This document shows positions 26,758 through 36,437 of a DNA stretch of 64,000 nt, piece after piece. Position 1 is the stretch's first letter. The number at the start of each line of letters is the position of its first letter. This stretch comes from Mycobacteriales bacterium (GTDB lineage Bacteria; Actinomycetota; Actinomycetes; JAFAQI01): the NCBI GenBank assembly GCA_035550655.1, contig DASZOU010000035.1, positions 1,495-65,494 of the forward strand, written 5' to 3'. A model generated the notes under the pieces. The model was not told the DNA's origin. It saw nothing but the letters and a program-made list of their open reading frames with translations, and made no database searches. A program made the translations under genes and the position numbers.

Positions 26758-27639
26758 GTGCCGAACACACCCGACCGCCGGCTGTTGCTGGTGCACGCTC
26801 ATCCCGACGACGAGACGATCGCAACCGGCGCCACGATGGCGATGTACGCCGCGGCCGGCGTCGGCGTCACCCTCGTCACCTGCACGCTCGGGGAAGAGGG
26901 CGAGATCCTCGTGCCCGAGCTCGCTCACCTGGCGAGTGACAAGGAAGACGGGCTCGGCCAGCATCGGATCGGCGAGCTCGGCGCGGCGATGGCCGCGCTC
27001 GGCGTGACGGACCACCGGTGGCTCGGCGGCGCGGGTCGTTGGCGCGACTCCGGGATGATGGGCACCCCCACCAACGACAACCCCGAGTGCTTCTGGCGCG
27101 CCGACCTCGACGAGGCGATCGGCGAGCTCGTGAAGGTGATCCGCGAGGTGCGGCCGCAGGTCGTCGTCGGCTACGACGACAACGGCGGTTACGGCCATCC
27201 CGACCACATCCAGGCGCACCGGGTCACGGTCGGCGCGTTCGAGGCGGCGGGGGACGCGAGCCGATATCCCGACGCGGGCGAGCCATGGGCTCCCTCCAAG
27301 CTGTACGAGACCGCCCTGCCGAGATCCCTTCTCCAACTCGCCTACGAGCGGCTGAAGGAGCTCGGCGACGATGCGCCGTTCGGGGTGAGCTCGCCCGACG
27401 AGCTCACTTTCGGGGTGCCGGATGAGCGGATCACCACGGCCGTCGACGCCCGCGAGTTCCTGCCGGCGAAGGTGGAGGCGATGCGGGCCTACCCGACCCA
27501 GATCGAGGTCGACGGCCACTTCTTCGCGTTGTCGAACGACGTGGGCCAGGGCCTGTTCGGGCTCGAGCACTACCGGTTGGTCACCGGACCGTCACCCGTC
27601 ACTGGTGAGCGGGAGACCGACCTGTTCGCCGGCCTCTAA
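26758..27639 (+). CDS. mshB: N-acetyl-1-D-myo-inositol-2-amino-2-deoxy-alpha-D-glucopyranoside deacetylase (MshB) or close paralogue Mca (LmbE/PIG-L fold)
   Basis: [33 protein letters not shown] and [11 protein letters not shown] blocks closely match mycobacterial MshB as recalled. 293 aa. Confidence 0.7.
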   Translation: MPNTPDRRLLLVHAHPDDETIATGATMAMYAAAGVGVTLVTCTLGEEGEILVPELAHLASDKEDGLGQHRIGELGAAMAALGVTDHRWLGGAGRWRDSGMMGTPTNDNPECFWRADLDEAIGELVKVIREVRPQVVVGYDDNGGYGHPDHIQAHRVTVGAFEAAGDASRYPDAGEPWAPSKLYETALPRSLLQLAYERLKELGDDAPFGVSSPDELTFGVPDERITTAVDAREFLPAKVEAMRAYPTQIEVDGHFFALSNDVGQGLFGLEHYRLVTGPSPVTGERETDLFAGL

Positions 27640-27826
27640 GCCCGTCTGGCGGACGCGGGACTGCGCCGAACGGGCGAAGCGCGGCTACGCCGGTTTGCCT
27701 AATACCACGAGCGGAGACACTTCCGCTACGGGCCTTGGTCAGCTGTGAACGGGCCGGTCCGCTCTGCCGTCGGCGCCCGGCACGTCGCAGGCTCGAGACC
27801 TGGCCGGGCGAGCGGTGGAGGTCCCC

Positions 27827-29746
27827 ATGGCAACGGACGCGTCGGTGCTGTTCCAGGCCGAGGGAAACCTGGTCGGCGCCGGACAGGCCGACGTCGGGTA
27901 CGACCGTGAGCGGATGCGGCGCCGTCGGCTGTGGCGGCTCGCAGCATGGTCGGCGATCCCGGCCGGCATGCTCTGGTGGCGGATCGGACACGGCCGTCCG
28001 ATCGACCTGTTCCGCACGCCCCACGTCGACTGGCTCGTCGTCGTACCCATCCTCTTCTTCGTGATGTTGATCGGCGGCTACGCCGCGATGTTCTTGCTGG
28101 CGCGACGCTCGCCGCACCTGAGCTACCGCCCGGAGCAGATCGACGTCCGGCTCGCCGACGTGGTGGGCATCCAGCCGGTGAAGGAAGAGGTCGTGCGCTC
28201 CATCAACCTCTTCCTCGCGTCACGCACCTTCTCGAGTGAGATGGGCGGTCGCGCGCGCCGCGGTTTGCTCTTCGAAGGCGCGCCCGGTACCGGCAAGACG
28301 CACATCGCCAAGGCGATGGCGGCGGAGGCGGGTGTGCCGTTCCTGTTCGTGTCCGCGACCTCGTTCCAGTCGATGTTCTACGGCGCGACGGCCGGCAAGA
28401 TCCGCTCCTATTTCAAGGCCCTTCGCAAGGCGGCCCTCGCCAGCGGCGGCGCGATCGGCTTCATCGAGGAGATCGATGCGATCGGCGGGGTGCGTCATGG
28501 CATGGGGATGACGTCGCGATCGGCCGTCGAGTCAGCAGTGCAGTGCTGCGGCGGTGTCACGACGCTGCCGTCGTCCTTCCTTCGGGCTGCGCCCGGGGCT
28601 CCCGTGACCAACGGCTACATGAGTGAAGGCGTCGGGGGAGTCGTCAACGAGCTGCTCGTGCAGATGCAGTCGTTCGACGAACCGCTGGGCATGGCGAAGG
28701 TGTGGAACGCCCTGACCAACGTGCTGAACCTGTTCCTGCCGGCGCACCGCCAGATCCACCGCGGCGCTCCACGCCGCGCCAACATCCTGCTCATCGCCGC
28801 GACCAACCGCGCGGACTCCCTCGACCCCGCGCTGATCCGGCCCGGACGCTTCGACCGCGTGCTTCACTTCGACCTTCCCGATCAGGCCGGCCGCCGGCGG
28901 CTGATCGACCACTTCCTCGATCGCAAAGCCCACTGCGAGGAGCTCGACGACCCGGCGAACCGGGATGCGCTCTCGAGCCTGACCCACGGCTACACCCCGG
29001 TCCGGATCGAGCAGCTCCTCGACGAGGCGCTCGTCAGCGCGGTGCGCCGTGGCGATCGCCGGATGGGCTGGCAGGACGTCGCCGAGGCGCGGCTCACCCT
29101 CGAAGTCGGGCTCGGGCAGCCCGTCGGCTACACCGCGCACGAGAAGCGCCTGATCGCGACGCATGAGGCCGGCCACGCGACGGCGGCGTACCTCGTAGCG
29201 CCGCAGCGCCGGCTCGACATCCTCTCGATCATCAAGCGCCGGGACGCGCTCGGGATGCTGGCCCACGGCGACTCGGAGGAGGTCTACACCCGCTCGCGAG
29301 CCGAGATGATCGCGCTGATCCAGATCGCGCTTGCCGGTCAGAGCGCGGAGGAGATCTTCTTCGGCGATGTCTCGACCGGCCCGTCAGGGGATCTGCTGTA
29401 CGCGACCAACGTCGCCGCTCAGATGGTCGGAGCCGCGGGCATGACAGGCTCCCTGATCTCGTTCGCGGCCATTCAGGGCAGCACCTTCTCCGACACGAAC
29501 ATCGTCGGACGGGTGCTCGGCGACCCGGACGGCCGGGCGAAGGTCGAGTCGTTGCTGCAGGAGCAGAAGGCGGTCATCAAGGCCCGGTTGGAGGTCAACA
29601 CCCACCTGGTGGAGGGGCTGCGGGACGCACTCCTCGAGCGCAACGAGCTGATCGGACGCGACATTCAGGATGTGCTGCACGCGGCGGGGCCGCCGCGTGG
29701 GCTCGCGGAGGTTGACGTGAGGGACGCGGTGCCGGCGTTCCGCTGA
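27827..29746 (+). CDS. FtsH-family AAA+ zinc metalloprotease paralogue with insertions in the ATPase module
   Basis: Walker A GAPGTGKT. Walker B is IGFIEEID (Glu in place of Asp). SRH AATNRADSLDPALIRPGRFDR. Protease HEXXH is THEAGHA and the third zinc ligand is in AEEIFFGD. There is one N-terminal TM segment, and about 70 extra residues between Walker B and the SRH. Confidence 0.8.
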   Translation: MATDASVLFQAEGNLVGAGQADVGYDRERMRRRRLWRLAAWSAIPAGMLWWRIGHGRPIDLFRTPHVDWLVVVPILFFVMLIGGYAAMFLLARRSPHLSYRPEQIDVRLADVVGIQPVKEEVVRSINLFLASRTFSSEMGGRARRGLLFEGAPGTGKTHIAKAMAAEAGVPFLFVSATSFQSMFYGATAGKIRSYFKALRKAALASGGAIGFIEEIDAIGGVRHGMGMTSRSAVESAVQCCGGVTTLPSSFLRAAPGAPVTNGYMSEGVGGVVNELLVQMQSFDEPLGMAKVWNALTNVLNLFLPAHRQIHRGAPRRANILLIAATNRADSLDPALIRPGRFDRVLHFDLPDQAGRRRLIDHFLDRKAHCEELDDPANRDALSSLTHGYTPVRIEQLLDEALVSAVRRGDRRMGWQDVAEARLTLEVGLGQPVGYTAHEKRLIATHEAGHATAAYLVAPQRRLDILSIIKRRDALGMLAHGDSEEVYTRSRAEMIALIQIALAGQSAEEIFFGDVSTGPSGDLLYATNVAAQMVGAAGMTGSLISFAAIQGSTFSDTNIVGRVLGDPDGRAKVESLLQEQKAVIKARLEVNTHLVEGLRDALLERNELIGRDIQDVLHAAGPPRGLAEVDVRDAVPAFR

Positions 29747-29747
29747 G

Positions 29748-29785
29748 ACGCAGCGATGCGTCGCCTCGGCTGAGGTCCTAGCCTC
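29748..29785 (+). terminator. two tandem GC-rich hairpins after the FtsH-like stop, no U-tract
   Basis: GACGCA-gcga-TGCGTC followed by CCTC-ggct-GAGG. Could be an attenuator or weak terminator, or could be coincidental. Confidence 0.25.
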
Positions 29786-29790
29786 ATGAC

Positions 29791-30216
29791 GTGGGGGCGG
29801 GACGACTCGACGCCGCGGTGCTGATCGCGACGTACCTCGTGCTGTTCGCGGTCGGGGCGCTCATGGCGACGGTCGCGGCCTTTCTCGTCCCGCAGCGGCT
29901 CGCGGGCGGGGTCGAGGGTCTGTCCGTGCTGATCGTGCTGCTCGGAAACGGCGGGGTCGGCTGGCTGGGGGGCTGGGGGACCCGTACGGCGGCCGGCGCG
30001 GTGATGCCGGCCTTCGGCTGGTTCGTCGCGATGGTGGCGGTTTCGTTCGTGGCGCCGGGCGGGGACGTCGTGATCCCCGGGCGTCTCCCAGCTGATCCCG
30101 GCGTCGTCAAGGTCGGCGCGGCCACCTGGTTGGCCGGACTTGTCGCGGCTGTCGTCCCGATTGCGCTGACTGGTCGCTACACCATGCGGGTGAATCCGCC
30201 GAAGGAACTCTCGTGA
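29791..30216 (+). CDS. small polytopic membrane protein (about 4 TM), unknown function
   Basis: 141 aa and highly hydrophobic. GTG start. The stop overlaps the CheW start. Confidence 0.5.
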   Translation: MGAGRLDAAVLIATYLVLFAVGALMATVAAFLVPQRLAGGVEGLSVLIVLLGNGGVGWLGGWGTRTAAGAVMPAFGWFVAMVAVSFVAPGGDVVIPGRLPADPGVVKVGAATWLAGLVAAVVPIALTGRYTMRVNPPKELS

Positions 30217-30719
30217 ACGACTCCACCGTGCGCTCGTTCGCCGACGGCCAAGCCGATGATGAGGTGGCGGCGGCGACCGACGCGATTGTTGCGCGCCTCG
30301 GCGGCGGCCGCTTCGCGGTCAAGCTCTCGAGCGTGGCGGAGGTCGGCCGCGCCCCAGGGATCACCCGGGTGCCGGGCCTGCCCCGCTGGCTTGCCGGAGT
30401 CGCGAACTGGCGTGGCCGGATCCTGCCTGTGCTCGACATCCGCGGACTGCTCGGCGCCGATACCGACCCGCTCGACAACCGGGCCAGGTTGCTGGTCCTC
30501 GCCGAAGGCACGATCGTCGTCGGCCTGCTCGTCGATGCGGTCGAGGGCACGACCATGCTCGGTGAGGATGTGGCGGCGTTCCCGCCGGTCAGCGCGCCCA
30601 ACGGCAGCGGCTTGCTGTCCGGACAGGTACCGCGCGACGACGGCCCCATCGCCGTGCTCGACGTGGCCGCGGTTCTCCGGCTGAGGGAGAGCCTGCCGCG
30701 CGGCCGCCGGACGGCGTAG
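30213..30719 (+). CDS. cheW: CheW-like coupling protein
   Basis: Single CheW domain. [48 protein letters not shown] is the characteristic family pattern. Confidence 0.8.
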   Translation: MNDSTVRSFADGQADDEVAAATDAIVARLGGGRFAVKLSSVAEVGRAPGITRVPGLPRWLAGVANWRGRILPVLDIRGLLGADTDPLDNRARLLVLAEGTIVVGLLVDAVEGTTMLGEDVAAFPPVSAPNGSGLLSGQVPRDDGPIAVLDVAAVLRLRESLPRGRRTA

Positions 30720-30753
30720 CCGCGATGCAGGTGATTGTGCAGAAGGGACCATC

Positions 30754-32364
30754 GTGACCACCCACGCTCATTCCGCCGGGGCACCGAGACCCGCAGCCTC
30801 GCCGGTCGACTACAGCCGGCGCCTGACGCTGGTCGCCGCGGGCTCCACCTGGGTCGGGATCGCACTGGCGATCATCGGCGCGGTCGTGCTGAACAACCAC
30901 CCCGCCAACGGCGTGCACGTGCACCTCAACGCGGTCTACGTGTGGGAGGGCGTCGGCGTACTCAACGCGCTGTTCATGTCGGTCCTGCCGACTCTTGCTC
31001 GCAACAGCGAGCACCTTCGCAAACGGGTCACCGTCTACCGCGCGTTGCTGCTGATCTCCACGATCGTGTCGGTGAGCGGTGCGGTCGCGATCACGGGAGG
31101 TCTGCGGGGGCCGTTCTGGATCCTGTACCTGCCGGCCCTGCTGTTTGCAGCTACCACGCTCCAGCAGTGGCAGAGCGTGCTCTTGGGCGTCGTTACGGCG
31201 GGCGCTCTGGTCGTCGCGTCGGAGATCGCCCACAGCATCGACTCCTCCACTGTCGCCTGGATGGTCCTGGTCCTGCCGGTGTTCCCGGCGATCACCTGGT
31301 TCAACGGCGCGCTGTCGCAGTCGATCTGGGCGATGCGCGCGATGGCTCGCGCCGAGCGCGACGAGCTGCAGGCGCGGGTCGGGGACCTGTCCAAGGTGTT
31401 GTCGAAGGCCGCCGAGGGCGACCTGACGGTTCAGCTGGCGGCGGCTGACGCGGACCACGAAGCGCTCGAGCTGCTCTCGAACGCGTTCACGTACACCCTC
31501 ACCAACCTCCGCAACCTCGTCGGCCAGATCCGCAGTGGCGGCGAGCAGATCGGTGCGGCGGCGGGCGAGCTGCTGGCCACTGCCGAGGACCACGCGGCGT
31601 CGGCGAGCCAGCAGTCCTCGGCGGTGACCGAGACGACCTCGACGATCGAGGAGCTCGCGGCAACGGCCGCCCAGATCGCCGAGACCTCCGAAGCGGTTGC
31701 GCGGTACGCCGCGGAGACGTTGCGGCACGCCGATGAGGGCCGGACCGCCGTGCAGTCCAGCGTTGACGCGATGGACGCGATCGCCACCCGGGTCGACTCG
31801 ATCGCTTCGCGTGCGCTCTCCCTCGGTGGCAAGAGCCAGGAGATCGGCCGGATCCTCGAGGTCATCAACGACCTTGCTGACCAGACCAACCTGCTGGCCC
31901 TCAACGCCGCGATCGAGGCGGCCCGAGCAGGCGAGCACGGCCGCGGGTTCGCGGTCGTGGCTGCCGAGGTGCGCAAGCTCGCCGAACGGGCACAGGAGTC
32001 GACCGGGCAGATCGCCTCGATCGTCGCCGAGATCCAGTCGGAGACGAACGCGACGATCATCGCCAGCGAGGAGGGATCGAAGGAGGTCCGGACCGGATCC
32101 GACCTCGCGCGGGGCGTCGTCGAGGCGCTGGAGCGCATCAGCGGCATGGTGGACGAGACCACGACAGCCGCGAAAGAGATCTCGATCGCCACGCAACAGC
32201 AGCGGTCGGCGTCCGATCAGGTCGTGTCCGCGATGACGCAGGTGTCCGATGTCTCGCGCCAGTACGCCGTCGGGTCGAAGCAGGCGGCGGCGTCTGCGGC
32301 TCAGCTGAACAACCTGGCGGCCGAGCTGCGCGCGTCGATTGCGGCGTTCAAGGTGGGCGCGTAG
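30754..32364 (+). CDS. methyl-accepting chemotaxis protein with a polytopic (about 6 TM) N-terminal membrane module
   Basis: MCP signalling domain ([24 protein letters not shown]...[38 protein letters not shown]). The N-terminal 200 aa are hydrophobic helices with no periplasmic domain of any size. Confidence 0.85.
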   Translation: MTTHAHSAGAPRPAASPVDYSRRLTLVAAGSTWVGIALAIIGAVVLNNHPANGVHVHLNAVYVWEGVGVLNALFMSVLPTLARNSEHLRKRVTVYRALLLISTIVSVSGAVAITGGLRGPFWILYLPALLFAATTLQQWQSVLLGVVTAGALVVASEIAHSIDSSTVAWMVLVLPVFPAITWFNGALSQSIWAMRAMARAERDELQARVGDLSKVLSKAAEGDLTVQLAAADADHEALELLSNAFTYTLTNLRNLVGQIRSGGEQIGAAAGELLATAEDHAASASQQSSAVTETTSTIEELAATAAQIAETSEAVARYAAETLRHADEGRTAVQSSVDAMDAIATRVDSIASRALSLGGKSQEIGRILEVINDLADQTNLLALNAAIEAARAGEHGRGFAVVAAEVRKLAERAQESTGQIASIVAEIQSETNATIIASEEGSKEVRTGSDLARGVVEALERISGMVDETTTAAKEISIATQQQRSASDQVVSAMTQVSDVSRQYAVGSKQAAASAAQLNNLAAELRASIAAFKVGA

Positions 32365-32460
32365 CTCTGCCCGGACGGCGCCGTCCGCGGGTTGGCTGAT
32401 GGGAGCGTGGCGACTGCTGGCGACGGCAGTCCCGGATTTTGTGCGGAGGGGGTTCGGGTA

Positions 32461-34209
32461 GTGCTCGACAGCACCATCGACGCGCCGAACCCTGACCCGC
32501 AGCGGTCCCGGCATCGTGAGCCTGCCGAGATCTCGACGGCGTTGCCACCGGAGGTAGAGCGGAGGCTCGCGCAGCTCGTCGGCATCGAGCCGCTCGAGAT
32601 CGATCTCGACGCTCCGCCGGCAAGCGGTGTCTACAGGTTGCGCAGCGAGCTGCAGTTTCGCCGTCGCGTCCTGCTCGTCGCGCAGCAGGTCACGCTCGGC
32701 GGCCTCCTCCTGCTCGCTGCCTGCGCCACGGTCGCTGCCCGGGTGAACTCGAAGTCACTCGTCGTCCACTCGATCCCGGTCATGATCTGGGGCCTGGCGG
32801 CGGCGGTGTCGGCGGTCTCGCTCGCGGGGATGGTCACCGACCCGACCGTGACGCAAAGCATCAGCGTCGCCAAGCGCCGGGCGTTCGGTGCGATCCTGAT
32901 GGCGGCGCTGATCATCTCCCTCACCGGGGTGGTCGCGAATGCCGACGGGGTCGCGGGACCCGCCTGGGTGTTGTTCCTGCCGCTCGTCGTGGTCGCCGGA
33001 GCGGTACTTGGCCCGACGCTCGGACTAGCCGTGGGGGCGCTCGCCGCCGGGGGGATCTATGCCGCGGCCGGCTTCTCCCACACGCTCGACATCGCTGGCG
33101 TCGGCGAGCTCATCGTGATCTTGCCCGCCTGCCCGCTGTTCGGCTGGGCGGCAGGGGGGCTCGCCGGGCTTGCTCACGACGCCGTCGATACGGCGATGCG
33201 GCAGCGCGCCGGACTCGTAGGTGATGTCGGACGGCTCTCGGACCTGCTCAACACCGTCGCGGAGGGCGACCTCTCGCGGGTCCCGGCACTGGACAATCCG
33301 GCTGACCAAGGAACCGCGACGCTCGCGGTCGTCTTCGCCGACACTGTGCTGTCGTTGCGTCGCCTCGTCCGGCAGATGTCCGATGTCGCCGACCAGCTCG
33401 CGGGGAGCGCCACCGACCTCGCTCGTACGGCTGAGCTTCACGTCGGCACCGTCGAGCAGCAGGCCACGGCGGTGGCCGAGACCACGAGCACGATCGAGCA
33501 GCTGGCGACCACCGCGACCACCATCGCCAGCACCGCGCTGCTCGTGGCGCGCTACGCCGGCAACGCTCGCCGTGACGTCGACCTCGGCCTCGGCTCGGTC
33601 GGGAAGGTCAGCGAGGCGATGGCCGTCATCCGCCGTCGCGTGGCCGAGCTCGGATTGCGGACCGGTCGGCTTGACGAGCGGGTGAACCGCATCGCAACGA
33701 CGACGCGACTGATCGACGAGCTGGCCCGTCGTACGACGATGCTTGCCGTCAACGCCTCGATCGAGGCGGCTCGCGTGGGCTTCCACGGCGAGGGGTTCGC
33801 GAGCGTCGCCTCTGAGATCGCGGCGCTGGCGACGAAGGCGCGTTCGGCGACCGCTGACATCGCGAGCATTGTCTCCGAGCTGGAGGCGGAAGTGGAAGCG
33901 ACGGCGATCGTCAGCCAAGAGGGCATCGCGGCCGTCGAGATCGGTCTCGAGCGGCAGGTCGACGTGGACCGCGCGCTCGAGCTGATCAGCCACCGGGTCA
34001 ACGACACCTCGGACGCCGCGGAGCGCATCACCGACGCCACCCGCCAGCAGCGGGTCGCCAGCGACGCCGTCGTCGAGTCCATGCGCAAGGTCGCGGGGAC
34101 CAGCGAGGGTGCCACGTCGGCGACCCGGAGCCACGCCGCCTCCGCTGCCCGGCTGCGGGATCTCATGGGATCGCTGCGAGAGACGGTCGGAAGGTTCAGG
34201 CTGGAGTGA
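32461..34209 (+). CDS. methyl-accepting chemotaxis protein, second paralogue with a polytopic membrane N-terminus (start uncertain, could be 32392)
   Basis: MCP signalling domain (TTSTIEQLATTATTIAST...MLAVNASIEAARVGFHGEGFASVASEIAALATKA). Multiple N-terminal TM helices. The GTG at 32461 is preceded by GGAGGGGG. Confidence 0.8.
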   Translation: MLDSTIDAPNPDPQRSRHREPAEISTALPPEVERRLAQLVGIEPLEIDLDAPPASGVYRLRSELQFRRRVLLVAQQVTLGGLLLLAACATVAARVNSKSLVVHSIPVMIWGLAAAVSAVSLAGMVTDPTVTQSISVAKRRAFGAILMAALIISLTGVVANADGVAGPAWVLFLPLVVVAGAVLGPTLGLAVGALAAGGIYAAAGFSHTLDIAGVGELIVILPACPLFGWAAGGLAGLAHDAVDTAMRQRAGLVGDVGRLSDLLNTVAEGDLSRVPALDNPADQGTATLAVVFADTVLSLRRLVRQMSDVADQLAGSATDLARTAELHVGTVEQQATAVAETTSTIEQLATTATTIASTALLVARYAGNARRDVDLGLGSVGKVSEAMAVIRRRVAELGLRTGRLDERVNRIATTTRLIDELARRTTMLAVNASIEAARVGFHGEGFASVASEIAALATKARSATADIASIVSELEAEVEATAIVSQEGIAAVEIGLERQVDVDRALELISHRVNDTSDAAERITDATRQQRVASDAVVESMRKVAGTSEGATSATRSHAASAARLRDLMGSLRETVGRFRLE

Positions 34210-34252
34210 TCGGCGCCGATGAGAACCAGGTGAACTGTGCGCAGAGGGGTGA

Positions 34253-36424
34253 ATGATGCCCGGGTGGGCTGATGATCCCGAATTGCTGGCGACGTTCCGC
34301 GGCGAGGTCGAGGAACGGGTCGCCTCGCTGCAGGCTGGGCTGCTCGCGCTAGAGGCCCACCCGTCGCCGCGCCAGGTCGTCGCGAGCCTGTTCCGCGACG
34401 CTCACACCGTCAAGGGCTCCGCGCGGATGATGGGCCTGTCCGAGGTGCTCGCCGTCGCGCACAACGCCGAAGACCTGCTCGGGGCGCTGCGGGATGGCCG
34501 GCTCTCCGTCCGGCGCGACCTGGTCGACCTGCTGCTGGCCTCATGTGACGGCATTGCCGGCGCGCTTCCCGGCGTGGAAGACCCGGTTCCCGAGGACCAC
34601 CTCAACGCGCTGGCCGGAGCGATGCAGCGCGCCCTCGCCGGCGAGGAGCCGGTGGTCGTCCCTCGCTGGGATCCCCGCACCATCGAGGATGACGACGGAA
34701 CGGACGAGAACCGTCGCCGCGGTGTCGACTCCGTCCGCGTCACGACCGCCAAGGTTTACGAGCTGATCGACGTCATCGGCGAGGCCGAGCTCGACGCGCG
34801 GCGGCTCGAGCGAGCGAGCGCCGGTATCGACGCCATCGCGACCGACAACTCGCGCTGGCTCCGGACGCTGAGAGAGTCGCTGCACTCAGTCGATGTCGGC
34901 GACGAGGCGTCGCTCGCCCTCACCCGGTTGACCGCGGTCGACGACCAGCTCGTCGCCGCCTCTCGCGACCTGCGCGAGCTCGCCGAGGACTCTCACAGCC
35001 GGCTTGCCGAGGTCCGCGACGGGGCCATGGGCCTCGCGATGGTTCCGGTTCGGCGCGTCGTCGCAGGCCTGCCCCGAGTGGTGCGGGATCTCGCCGCCGC
35101 CACCGGCAAGGACGTGCGCCTCATCCTCGAAGGCCAGGACGTCGAGCTGGACAAGCAGGTGCTCGACGGCGTCTCCGACGCGCTCAAGCACCTGGTCGTC
35201 AACGCCGTCGACCACGGCTGCGAGCCACCCGCTGAGCGGGTCGCGGCGGGCAAGCACGCGCAGGCCACCGTCACCGTGGCGGCCCGGGCCTCGGGCGGAA
35301 CGGTCGTGATCGAGGTCAGCGACGACGGTCTCGGCATCGACGAGAACGTGCTGCGGGCCGCCGCGATCGAACGCGGTGTGCTCCTCCCCGACTCGCTGCT
35401 GTCCGGCCAGGCGTTGATGAACGTGCTCTTCCAGCCGGCGTTCTCCACCGCCAAGGAGGTCACAGAGACCTCGGGCCGCGGCATCGGGCTCGACGTCGTA
35501 CGCAGCGCCGTGGAGGCCCTCGGTGGGCTGGTCGAGCTCCACACCACGCCCGGCGCCGGAACCACCTTCTCGCTGACGCTGCCCGTCACCCTGGGCGTGC
35601 TGCGCTGCCTGATGGCGCGGGTCGGCGACGAGCGGTTCGCGCTTCCGGTCCCCGGTGTGGTCGAGTCGCTGTCGCTGAAGAACGCGGTGGTGCACGAGCT
35701 GGCGGGAAAGCCGGTCGTGGTGCGGCACGGCGAGACGCTCCCGTTGCTCGATCTCGGTGCCGCGCTGGGCGTGCCCGGTGAACGGATCGCGAACGCGGCG
35801 GTGGTCGTACGCCACGGCGAGCGGCAGGTGGCCTGGGCGGTCGACGGGCTGGAGGGCGAGCTCGAGCTCGTCGTCAAGGAGCTCGGCGCGTTCCTCGGCC
35901 GTCCGCCCGTGATCAGCGGCGCGACCATCGACGGCGACGGCAGCGTGGTCTGCCTCGTCGACCTCCGCGAGCTCAGCGACGACACTGACACCGGCACTCC
36001 TGCCTACACCGCGATGATGGGCGCCGCCGACAGCGGCCACACCGAGACGCAGGTACGGCCGCGGGTGCTGGTCGTGGAGGACTCCGTGGGGGTTCGGGAG
36101 CTCGAGCGCGCGATTCTCGAGGGCGCCGGCTACGAGGTCATCACCGCCATCGACGGCGCGGAAGGCGCGGCGTATCTGCGGGAGAAGCCGACTGACCTCG
36201 TGCTCTCGGATGTCGAGATGCCGGGCATGGACGGCTACCAGCTGACGCGCACCATCCGCCGTACCCGAGGGTGGGAGCACGTGCCCGTCGTGATCATGAC
36301 GAGCCGCGTCGCAGAGGACGACCAGCGCGCCGGAATGGAAGCCGGCGCCAGCGCGTACCTGTTGAAGACGCAGTTCGACCAGGAACAGCTCGTTGAGACG
36401 GTTCGCCGCCTCATCGGACGTTAG
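34253..36424 (+). CDS. cheA: CheA histidine kinase fused to a C-terminal CheY-like receiver (hybrid CheA-REC)
   Basis: HPt (FRDAHTVKGSARMMG), HATPase_c (VVNAVDHG...IEVSDDGLGID...GRGIGLDVV), a CheW-like domain, then a REC domain (VLVVEDS...LVLSDVEMPGMDGY...MTSR...AYLLK). Confidence 0.9.
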   Translation: MMPGWADDPELLATFRGEVEERVASLQAGLLALEAHPSPRQVVASLFRDAHTVKGSARMMGLSEVLAVAHNAEDLLGALRDGRLSVRRDLVDLLLASCDGIAGALPGVEDPVPEDHLNALAGAMQRALAGEEPVVVPRWDPRTIEDDDGTDENRRRGVDSVRVTTAKVYELIDVIGEAELDARRLERASAGIDAIATDNSRWLRTLRESLHSVDVGDEASLALTRLTAVDDQLVAASRDLRELAEDSHSRLAEVRDGAMGLAMVPVRRVVAGLPRVVRDLAAATGKDVRLILEGQDVELDKQVLDGVSDALKHLVVNAVDHGCEPPAERVAAGKHAQATVTVAARASGGTVVIEVSDDGLGIDENVLRAAAIERGVLLPDSLLSGQALMNVLFQPAFSTAKEVTETSGRGIGLDVVRSAVEALGGLVELHTTPGAGTTFSLTLPVTLGVLRCLMARVGDERFALPVPGVVESLSLKNAVVHELAGKPVVVRHGETLPLLDLGAALGVPGERIANAAVVVRHGERQVAWAVDGLEGELELVVKELGAFLGRPPVISGATIDGDGSVVCLVDLRELSDDTDTGTPAYTAMMGAADSGHTETQVRPRVLVVEDSVGVRELERAILEGAGYEVITAIDGAEGAAYLREKPTDLVLSDVEMPGMDGYQLTRTIRRTRGWEHVPVVIMTSRVAEDDQRAGMEAGASAYLLKTQFDQEQLVETVRRLIGR

Positions 36425-36437
36425 GAGAGAGCTCGAC

